Positions 27,430 to 33,813 of a stretch of DNA of 64,000 nt are shown here, one piece after another. A program made the translations under genes and the position numbers. The notes beneath the pieces were generated by a model that was not told where the DNA came from, did not search any database, and saw only the letters and a program-made list of their open reading frames with translations. The stretch lies in IMG/VR virus record IMGVR_UViG_3300034104_003795, positions 62,001 through 126,000 of that record. One strand, written 5' to 3'. Within the stretch, counting starts at the first letter, position 1. Each line of letters opens with the position of its first letter.

Positions 27430-27503
27430 TGACCCCTAATGGATTCGAACCATTGACTCCTATATTAAAAGTATAGTGCTCTAACCAACTGAGCTAAGAG
27501 GTC
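27430..27503 (-). tRNA. tRNA-Lys(TTT)
   Basis: ctata-ctTTTaa-tatag. Confidence 0.93.
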
Positions 27504-27543
27504 TGACTTTTGTCATACTTGTCACTTTCCATAGTATTTGTTT

Positions 27544-27753
27544 TTAATTGTTATCTTCTAATTCTATTTTACAATATTCGTCCAATGATATTTTATCAAA
27601 TGTTATCCATTGTCCATTTCCAAAATCTACTGCGAACTTACCATCTTCTGGTAGATACGCAGTTACTATTCCTTTACTACCCATTTCAATTTTTCCTTTT
27701 GGTGTCACCAACTCTTTTATTAATGTACCAACTCCATGATTAAAATCTGCCAT
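27544..27753 (-). CDS. small SH3/beta-barrel-like hypothetical protein
   Basis: 69 aa ORF between tRNAs. Confidence 0.65.
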   Translation of the reverse strand: MADFNHGVGTLIKELVTPKGKIEMGSKGIVTAYLPEDGKFAVDFGNGQWITFDKISLDEYCKIELEDNN

Positions 27754-27775
27754 AATTGTTTTTTTAATTGTTAAG

Positions 27776-27848
27776 TGGTAATGAGTGGTATCGAACCACT
27801 TCCTAAAGATTTTCAGTCTTTCGCTTCTACCTAGTTAGCTTCATCACC
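27776..27848 (-). tRNA. tRNA-Phe(GAA)
   Basis: aaaga-ctGAAaa-tcttt. Confidence 0.92.
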
Positions 27849-27852
27849 GGTG

Positions 27853-27934
27853 TTGGGGTAGACGGACTCGAACCGCCGAACTCAAATGAGAGCTGATTTA
27901 CAGTCAGCCGCAATTGCCACTATGCGATACCCCA
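27853..27934 (-). tRNA. tRNA-Tyr(GTA)
   Basis: gctga-ctGTAaa-tcagc, long variable arm. Confidence 0.93.
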
Positions 27935-27939
27935 ATGGC

Positions 27940-28033
27940 GTTCCATATAACTCACATTTGATAGCCCTATCGTGCTACTCACTCAATCCTACAACAGCTT
28001 TCAACTGAGAGATTGTAGGAATGTGTATGGAAC
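27940..28033 (-). ncRNA. candidate three-way-junction small RNA between tRNA-Val and tRNA-Tyr
   Basis: GTTCCATA/TATGGAAC, CACATT/AATGTG, CCTACAA/TTGTAGG, CAGTT-GAAA-GCTG. Confidence 0.45.
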
Positions 28034-28039
28034 ATGTTG

Positions 28040-28114
28040 TGGAAGTTACAGGATTCGAACCTATGACCCTCACGGTGTAAACGTGATGCTCTAAACCAAC
28101 TGAGCTAAACTTCC
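28040..28114 (-). tRNA. tRNA-Val(TAC)
   Basis: tcacg-ttTACac-cgtga. Confidence 0.93.
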
Positions 28115-28122
28115 TACTTATC

Positions 28123-28140
28123 CAATATGTCAAAGAACTT
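28123..28140 (-). promoter_or_regulatory. rrn boxA-like antitermination element
   Basis: AAGTTCTTTGACATATTG just after the first tRNA of the array; related copies at 26197-26211, 29536-29547, 30018-30029. Confidence 0.55.
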
Positions 28141-28147
28141 AATCTTG

Positions 28148-28219
28148 CGCTCCCTCTTGGATTCGAACCAAGGACCAACAGATTAACAGTCTGCTGCGCT
28201 ACCGCTGCGCCAAAGGAGC
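28148..28219 (-). tRNA. tRNA-Asn(GTT)
   Basis: gcaga-ctGTTaa-tctgt. Confidence 0.93.
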
Positions 28220-28221
28220 TT

Positions 28222-28262
28222 AAAACGAAAAAACCTCTAACCGATTTTATTCAGTTAGAGGT
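28222..28262 (-). terminator. intrinsic terminator / attenuator directly upstream of tRNA-Asn
   Basis: ACCTCTAACTG-aataaaat-CGGTTAGAGGT followed by TTTTTCGTTTT. Confidence 0.8.
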
Positions 28263-28288
28263 CTTTCTATTTAAGTTAAGTTATGTAA

Positions 28289-28450
28289 TTACCCAACATC
28301 AGTGTCCTCTAACTGCTTCGTACTAATATAATCCACCTTGCCTAAATTTAAGTTTGCCGGATTACTTAACGTACTAAACATACGAATCCCAGCCCACTCA
28401 TTTCTCAATGTAGGTTGCGAACAATTTGTATGTAGTGTTAAAGTTTTCAT
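28289..28450 (-). CDS. putative attenuator leader peptide (53 aa, all 20 amino acids)
   Basis: MKTLTLHTNCSQPTLRNEWAGIRMFSTLSNPANLNLGKVDYISTKQLEDTDVG; codons 46-49 (CAGTTAGAGG) are the exact complement of the terminator 5' arm. Confidence 0.65.
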   Translation of the reverse strand: MKTLTLHTNCSQPTLRNEWAGIRMFSTLSNPANLNLGKVDYISTKQLEDTDVG

Positions 28451-28600
28451 CACTGTTTGTTTATATAAGTATATAATAATTTTATTTTCCGAATCTTTGT
28501 TAGTTTTATCAGGCTTAAATTGGGGAACATATTGATATGCCCCCCTTTTCAAGTTGTAATAAAAATTAAGATATGAAACGAACAACTTTTCAGTTGTTAG

Positions 28601-28646
28601 TAGCTCTCTCTATTGGAATCGAACCAATATGCAACCATTGAGAAAG
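28601..28646 (-). ncRNA. tRNA-like minihelix (acceptor stem plus T arm, no anticodon arm)
   Basis: CTTTCTC/GAGAGAG stem, ATTGG-TTCGATT-CCAAT T arm, 11-nt linker containing TGG. Confidence 0.5.
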
Positions 28647-28659
28647 TAAAAACGCTGAG

Positions 28660-29520
28660 AATATACGTTGGGATAACTAGCTTTAGAAAGATTATTTTGT
28701 TTCCTTTCGTTTCCACATCCTTTTGAGATGTACCAGTCAATGCAGGTTATTATAGATTAACCACTCTTAAAGTTGTAACTTACTCACCTATTACTCCCCT
28801 TATTCAATCCTGCCGAACTGATTAAACCTTGCGGGTCTATAAGCTTTTCGTAGATATCACATTCGCCTTGCGGGCGTTTGTGGCTGGGAACAACTCCCAA
28901 CTATGTATGCACCTTTCGGTCACAACTGATGAACACTTTTGCTTTTATTTATAATTGAATAATCAAATCCGCATTTGATAAAAGTTTTGGTTCGTAGATG
29001 GATTCAGGTAGCGGTTCACCACTAGCTCTGTCCCCTTTTGAAGAACAGAATACTATACTACCCGATGCGTTATCTCAACGCCATACTTCAAGTCATCTTC
29101 ATTAATAGGGATTGGTGTCCCATATTAAAGGATAGTAACGGCACCACCCGTACACAGTCTTATCTTACGTCCTTTCGGATAGCTTGATTGTCAAGACCAC
29201 TTTGGTATTGAATCACGCAATAATAAAAAGGGATTAGCTTTCTATTTCTTACAATAATCCTATGAGTTATTCTTATCGTTCTTCCGAACTCAACTGAACA
29301 ATCTACAATTGCTCAGTCACCCAAACTCTTCTGCTACAGTGTTACCCTCACATACAAAGCCCAAATGATATCTCACTTGCCTACTCAAGCTCATAACCTT
29401 ACAGGGATATGAACCGCAAAATGCTTAACCAAACATTTCACTTTATCCTACTTTCGTAGTTTATTTAATGACCATAGGCGGCCATTTTGTACACTATATA
29501 ACACGAAGTTATTATGTGTA
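28660..29520 (-). ncRNA. large structured ncRNA, GOLLD-like (~860 nt)
   Basis: No minus-strand ORF >=60 aa in the track, higher GC, many GNRA-capped hairpins (CTAC-GAAA-GTAG, TCC-GAAA-GGA, ACC-GAAA-GGT, two GCAA loops), own promoter, next to phage tRNA cluster; family name not confirmed by a covariance search. Confidence 0.7.
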
Positions 29521-29564
29521 AATTATTTCAATAATGTAAAGAACTTTGTTATTTGATAACTTTA

Positions 29565-29596
29565 TAAAGATACGAAATCTTTTTCAAACTACCAAA
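29565..29596 (-). promoter_or_regulatory. Bacteroidota-type promoter (array unit 1; drives the GOLLD-like RNA)
   Basis: TTTGGTAGTTTGAAAAAGATTTCG-TATCTTTA. Confidence 0.8.
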
Positions 29597-29606
29597 TTTA
29601 TTTTTA

Positions 29607-29663
29607 AAGATTCTCAATTTTGTTTTCTGGTCAAACCAATCAACTACTTTATTTTTGAATCTT
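29607..29663 (-). ncRNA. candidate small RNA 1 of the promoter array
   Basis: Starts just after its promoter; ends pair (AAGATTC/GAATCTT). Confidence 0.45.
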
Positions 29664-29665
29664 CA

Positions 29666-29697
29666 TAAAGATACGATAATTTTTTCAAACTACCAAA
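29666..29697 (-). promoter_or_regulatory. Bacteroidota-type promoter (array unit 2)
   Basis: TTTG-N20-TATCTTTA. Confidence 0.8.
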
Positions 29698-29708
29698 TCT
29701 TTTTTTAA

Positions 29709-29791
29709 AAGTTATTAAGGTATCCGGCTTTATTAGGAGCTTGCGCCCCTCACACAATCGGTTTTATTATTGTTGGCTTCAACCTTAACTT
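29709..29791 (-). ncRNA. candidate small RNA 2 of the promoter array
   Basis: Closing stem AAGTTAAGG/CCTTAATAACTT; internal GGGGC-GCAA-GCTCC GNRA hairpin. Confidence 0.55.
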
Positions 29792-29794
29792 TGT

Positions 29795-29826
29795 TAAAGA
29801 TACGAAAGTTTTTTCAAACTACCAAA
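29795..29826 (-). promoter_or_regulatory. Bacteroidota-type promoter (array unit 3)
   Basis: TTTG-N20-TATCTTTA. Confidence 0.8.
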
Positions 29827-29836
29827 TCTTTTTTTA

Positions 29837-29934
29837 AATCTATTATAATGGGGTTGGGTTGTACCCTTTTCAATCTGCTTTCACACCCATCACTCCCAAA
29901 GAGCTGTCAGTATCAGATACCACTATTATAGATT
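29837..29934 (-). ncRNA. candidate small RNA 3 (co-transcribed after tRNA-fMet)
   Basis: Long closing stem AATCTATAATAGTGG/CCATTATAATAGATT. Confidence 0.5.
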
Positions 29935-29937
29935 TTG

Positions 29938-30009
29938 TTGCGAGGGATGGATTCGAACCACCGGCCTCCAGGTTATGAGCCTGGCGAGCTACCACTGCTC
30001 TACCTCACG
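29938..30009 (-). tRNA. tRNA-fMet(CAT), initiator
   Basis: C1:A72 mismatch, ccagg-ctCATaa-cctgg. Confidence 0.9.
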
Positions 30010-30030
30010 ATATTATTTTAAAGAACTTTG

Positions 30031-30062
30031 TAAAGATAGTACATTTTTTTGAAACGGCCAAA
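30031..30062 (-). promoter_or_regulatory. Bacteroidota-type promoter for tRNA-fMet
   Basis: TTTG-N20-TATCTTTA followed by a boxA-like element. Confidence 0.75.
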
Positions 30063-30093
30063 TCTTTTTTTCAAAATGTGGATAACTTTTTTA

Positions 30094-30118
30094 ATTCATT
30101 GATTATCAATGAGTTACG
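30094..30118. repeat. palindromic repeat copy
   Basis: attcattgattatcaatgagttacg. Confidence 0.7.
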
Positions 30119-30142
30119 CACATAAGAATTTATAAGTATATG

Positions 30143-30174
30143 TAAATATACAAAAAATATACGAATCCGCCAAA
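30143..30174 (-). promoter_or_regulatory. Bacteroidota-type promoter
   Basis: TTTG-N20-TATATTTA. Confidence 0.65.
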
Positions 30175-30181
30175 TTTATTT

Positions 30182-30457
30182 TTAAACTAATGCGTTCAGC
30201 TTATTAAGTACCAATTCTCTTACTGAATTAAAAAGTTCTTCCGTATCAGTTTGGAATAATGGCGCCGAACCAACCGGTCTATCACTACCGGATATTTCAG
30301 ACATTGCGTGTTCATATACAGCTCTAAATGCCATTGGGTCTTTTGTATATGCAATAGCAGAGTTATCAACTCTGGATGAATTAGTAATTGAAATTATCGT
30401 TTTTTCTTCATCATCAAAGCAGATATGGCTTTCGCCGGTTACAACATAAGTTTTCAT
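30182..30457 (-). CDS. hypothetical protein
   Basis: 91 aa ORF. Confidence 0.7.
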   Translation of the reverse strand: MKTYVVTGESHICFDDEEKTIISITNSSRVDNSAIAYTKDPMAFRAVYEHAMSEISGSDRPVGSAPLFQTDTEELFNSVRELVLNKLNALV

Positions 30458-30475
30458 AATATATTAATTAATTTT

Positions 30476-31069
30476 TTAACAATAGTATTCTACTGCATAA
30501 GTATATAAAGGTTCACCACTCCATATTGGATTTACTTCTGCATATCTTTGGTATCCAGCTGGGTCACATCCCCAATAGATGATATTTCCGCGAATCGGAC
30601 TATATACTGCTTTATAAGTAGTTTTCCAATAATTACCCCATCCAAAATGATTCCATAAGAAAGTAATTCTATCATCCATTCTAGCAGGAGCCGCAGGACC
30701 ATTAGAACCATCGCCACCATTAGATGCGTCATGCCAAGGGCCTATATTATAAAAATACCATCTCTCACTCCACTCAGCTGCACCATACACATTATATTTG
30801 TAAAGTCTGATACTGCAACTCGCTTGGCTTTCATATTTGAATATGTAAACGTATGGTCTACTTGCACTATGCGTATATCCCCACCAATGAGAAAATGCAT
30901 ATCCACTCTGCCCATTGGCAGTTGGTCTATAACTACTTGCATCATTTATACCACCATAACTACCATTTCTAGCGTCCCATATGGTAAAGTATCCACCTCT
31001 ATTGAATTCGGTATTTATATCGGATGCTGCGATTGTACCGCCTACTATATATCGTAACCTATCTGGCAT
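30476..31069 (-). CDS. putative virion/tail-associated protein
   Basis: GTIAASDINTEFNR..YAFSHWWGYTHS N-terminal motif typical of tail-fibre-associated modules; rich in Gly and aromatic residues. Confidence 0.45.
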   Translation of the reverse strand: MPDRLRYIVGGTIAASDINTEFNRGGYFTIWDARNGSYGGINDASSYRPTANGQSGYAFSHWWGYTHSASRPYVYIFKYESQASCSIRLYKYNVYGAAEWSERWYFYNIGPWHDASNGGDGSNGPAAPARMDDRITFLWNHFGWGNYWKTTYKAVYSPIRGNIIYWGCDPAGYQRYAEVNPIWSGEPLYTYAVEYYC

Positions 31070-31072
31070 ATC

Positions 31073-31798
31073 TTATTTAGATTTTTGCATAATCTTTACC
31101 AATGACATTGCACTCTTTTTAACAGGAGCATCATCTTGATATCTAAGCGCAGATTGTACTTTTATATCTCTACCGGTTTCAGGATTTCTTACAGTTTTAT
31201 TAAGAATATCCTTTGGTAACATTTTGATTAATTTATCATCTCTTTCTGCAGATGATCCTGGTAAATTTTGTAAATTTCTTTGTGTACCTTTTTTTCTTTG
31301 AAATGCGAAAACTTGTTTGGTATTTCTCATTTTTGAATATGCTTGCTGCATTGTACCAGGATGCATATCCCCAACACTTTCTACTCTACCATTTTTATAA
31401 ACCAAAACACCTTTACCTTTGGTATCTTCGCCACCATACAAAACTGAATCCTGTGTGAATTCATTTCCTAATTGGTGAATATCTTTAATTGAAATGTTTG
31501 GAACGAATAAGGAAATTTCGGTTGAATCAACTAATTTATCTTTTGGACAATCAAAATAGTTTACTCTATTATCTTGACACTCTTGCCAATGACCTTCCAT
31601 CTCAAAAAATCCTAATCCTTTAGCTCTTATTTTATCCGCTAATATTTTGTTAGCCGCTTTATTTTCAGCAGGAGTATTTGCATATCTATAAGCAGTTATA
31701 ACTCCCCAACTTTTTACCTTCTTTTTACCTTGAACGTGTTGGAGAACCCTACCCAGTGAGGCTTCAGTTAGTTGTGCTATTTTACATCCTTTTTCCAT
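31073..31798 (-). CDS. conserved phage protein (DUF3293-like) with C-terminal NPETGRDIKVQSAL module
   Basis: E.SLGRV.QH, ITAYR, N...N..L, GHWQE, QDSVL. Confidence 0.6.
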   Translation of the reverse strand: MEKGCKIAQLTEASLGRVLQHVQGKKKVKSWGVITAYRYANTPAENKAANKILADKIRAKGLGFFEMEGHWQECQDNRVNYFDCPKDKLVDSTEISLFVPNISIKDIHQLGNEFTQDSVLYGGEDTKGKGVLVYKNGRVESVGDMHPGTMQQAYSKMRNTKQVFAFQRKKGTQRNLQNLPGSSAERDDKLIKMLPKDILNKTVRNPETGRDIKVQSALRYQDDAPVKKSAMSLVKIMQKSK

Positions 31799-32010
31799 TC
31801 CTTATATATTTCATTAGATAAATATATAGAATCGTGGAAATGAATCTTTTCCTGAACCTTTGCTAGCTTTTCTTTTAAAGAATCAAGTTTGGTTTGTCTA
31901 GCCCATTTTCCCATATTATTTACAGGTGGATAGGCTTCCCAATATGCAAGTTGTTCTTGCAATTCTTTTTCCCTAATCTTTAGCTTTACTATTTTCTCAT
32001 TTATTTCCAT
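31777..32010 (-). CDS. coiled-coil hypothetical protein
   Basis: First gene after promoter 32018-32049. Confidence 0.65.
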   Translation of the reverse strand: MEINEKIVKLKIREKELQEQLAYWEAYPPVNNMGKWARQTKLDSLKEKLAKVQEKIHFHDSIYLSNEIYKEWKKDVK

Positions 32011-32017
32011 ATCTATA

Positions 32018-32049
32018 CAAATATACGAATTTTATTTGATATTACCAAA
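32018..32049 (-). promoter_or_regulatory. Bacteroidota-type promoter
   Basis: TTTG-N20-TATATTTG. Confidence 0.75.
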
Positions 32050-32277
32050 TTTATTTAAACACTTCGTAAACCAGATATAAAGTCCAAAAAATAACCCCGC
32101 AATACAATACAAAACGAAGTTCGCTTTCCATAAACTTCCCGTCAGTAGTATTAGGGAATACTGAACGGCATCGAATCCAAACGGATTGAAGAATAGAGCC
32201 AACATCAATGCCATGTCTTTGTAAAGCATTAAGCGATTGCTTTTGTCCTTTAATTTGTTTATTGTTTTTACTATCAC
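32032..32277 (-). CDS. small membrane protein
   Basis: LALFFNPFGFDA..Y..AGLFFGLY pattern. Confidence 0.6.
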   Translation of the reverse strand: MIVKTINKLKDKSNRLMLYKDMALMLALFFNPFGFDAVQYSLILLTGSLWKANFVLYCIAGLFFGLYIWFTKCLNKFGNIK

Positions 32278-32316
32278 CTTCGTCCATGTGTGGTTTATTT
32301 CGTTTAGGTGTGTAAC

Positions 32317-32961
32317 TTATTTTATTAGGTTGTGTTTAACCAATTGTTTAAATATATATTCCGATACTTTTCTATCAGATGGATAGTGTAATCCACTTAA
32401 TTCTCTTGCTCTCTTTATCTCGTGATAAAAATCATCAAGCTCTTCCGCTAATGCTGGATTCATCTTTCCAAAGTGATAAAGTATAACTAAAAAATCCATT
32501 GTGTGTCCAGATGGATATGCTGCCGAATTTGCATCAGTAGCGGTAATCGGATGTAAATCCAATCTTAACTCTTTAGCTAATTGATAAGGTCTTGGACGAT
32601 TGAATTTATCCTTTAAGTAAAACGTTATAGGGTCTATATCACCAACCCATTTTAGAATTTCTTCTTTACTCACATCTAATCCCAATTTCTTTGCTACAAT
32701 AACAAAAAAATCATAGTGATTTGTTTCTATCAACTTACAAAAACGGATATCATCTTCATCTGCGTTATTAGTTATCTTTGTAAGATATTCTAATTCGTTT
32801 TTTGTTTCATCAGATGAGTTAGCTGGAAATGGATGATTTTCTAATACATCTTTGATAATACCAGTTTCAATAGCAGCCTTTAATATACCGGCTCTATCCT
32901 CTTTAACTTTAGCTTCTTGCTCTCTAGTTGTATTACCATATTTAATATCATCCAAATTCAT
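32317..32961 (-). CDS. PAP2 superfamily phosphatase
   Basis: K..FNRPRP, YPSGH, RELSGLHYPSD. Confidence 0.88.
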   Translation of the reverse strand: MNLDDIKYGNTTREQEAKVKEDRAGILKAAIETGIIKDVLENHPFPANSSDETKNELEYLTKITNNADEDDIRFCKLIETNHYDFFVIVAKKLGLDVSKEEILKWVGDIDPITFYLKDKFNRPRPYQLAKELRLDLHPITATDANSAAYPSGHTMDFLVILYHFGKMNPALAEELDDFYHEIKRARELSGLHYPSDRKVSEYIFKQLVKHNLIK

Positions 32962-33401
32962 TAAACCTGCTTTCTTTTAAATATATCTATTATTTGTTTT
33001 ATCTTACTTTTCTTAAAGTGTCCAGAATCAATCACTTTAAAATTATTCCCGTTTCTGTCAATAAATTGCCAATGAGCTTCGGTTAATCCAAACCAATCGT
33101 CTAAATGATTTAAAACATCTTTTGGTTTAAAATTTGAACAACTATATAAATCAAACTGAAACATCGCTGGGTTTTCATTATCCCAAACGTGAATTGATGC
33201 GTGTGATGTAGCTAATGTAACAGTTCCGGTTATCCCTTCGTTACCCGGTTCATTAACATAAACCGAAGTGGGGCCGGCTACTACTTTCATTCCCACATTT
33301 TGTACTAATTGTGTAAACCAGATGTTTAACACTTTGTCTGTTTTTGGTGGAGTCTTTACATAACCCTTTACCAAAAGATGAAGATGGTTTGGTACGAACA
33401 T
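32961..33401 (-). CDS. speD: S-adenosylmethionine decarboxylase proenzyme
   Basis: G.TG...LATSHASIHVW (self-cleavage at TS/SH), DLYSC. Confidence 0.85.
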   Translation of the reverse strand: MFVPNHLHLLVKGYVKTPPKTDKVLNIWFTQLVQNVGMKVVAGPTSVYVNEPGNEGITGTVTLATSHASIHVWDNENPAMFQFDLYSCSNFKPKDVLNHLDDWFGLTEAHWQFIDRNGNNFKVIDSGHFKKSKIKQIIDIFKRKQV

Positions 33402-33438
33402 TATTTAAACTTTATTTATTTGTGTATATAAATATAAT

Positions 33439-33813
33439 TTAAATATTTTTAGGTTTTCTTCCTCTTTTTTTCTTTGGTTTTGGATTATCTTTCTCATTTT
33501 GCAGTTTAAGTATTTCTGCACATTTTTCATATTCCTCAACTTCAATATAATAATCCATCATTTTCTTTAATGTTAAATCTATATCATCTTTTGATATTAT
33601 AAAATCAACATTAATAGGTGGTTCAAATGTTCGTGGTGTTTTTGGTTTTTGTGCCAATTTAGGAGTAACTTGTAATATAACTCTATCATCTTCATCTGAT
33701 TGAAGAAAATCAAATACGTTAGAGTATATCGAATCCATTATCACTCCCTTATTCGCATCTGCCCATTGTTCTATGGGAGTGCCAAAATCTATGTATATTC
33801 TTTTTGGTGTCAT
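33439..33813 (-). CDS. hypothetical protein with UVR-like helix pair
   Basis: YIEVEEYEKCAEI motif, basic tail. Confidence 0.65.
   Translation of the reverse strand: MTPKRIYIDFGTPIEQWADANKGVIMDSIYSNVFDFLQSDEDDRVILQVTPKLAQKPKTPRTFEPPINVDFIISKDDIDLTLKKMMDYYIEVEEYEKCAEILKLQNEKDNPKPKKKRGRKPKNI

Larger units (their letters stand above)
29565..29838 (-). repeat. three ~44 bp direct repeats (promoter units) separated by unique stem-closed spacers
   Basis: taaagatacga-N5-ttttcaaactaccaaat-N4-ttttt-aaa at 29565, 29666, 29795. Confidence 0.85.

Noticed and set aside
25723-28033. Hammerhead, twister or pistol ribozyme, or a known riboswitch, for the spacer RNAs
   Set aside because: GAAA loops are present, but I found no CUGANGA core or other diagnostic consensus by eye. 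They are left as unclassified candidates.
24608-28178. ORFs 24608-24802, 24621-24833, 24944-25150, 25512-25790, 26068-26307, 26823-27029, 26851-27045, 27975-28178
   Set aside because: They overlap well-formed tRNA genes and are translation artefacts of GC-rich RNA sequence.
28289-28585. 98 aa version of the leader ORF in the ORF track
   Set aside because: The upstream extension crosses a promoter-like ATACTTATA motif and low-complexity sequence. The ATG at 28450 has the typical A-rich start context.
29565-29838. CRISPR array
   Set aside because: Only three repeats, spacers of very unequal length that are self-paired, repeats that are complete promoters without GTT.../...AAC CRISPR termini, and no cas genes in the window.
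30476-31069. Diversity-generating retroelement target
   Set aside because: The C-terminus is aromatic-rich, but no template repeat copy or reverse transcriptase occurs in the window.
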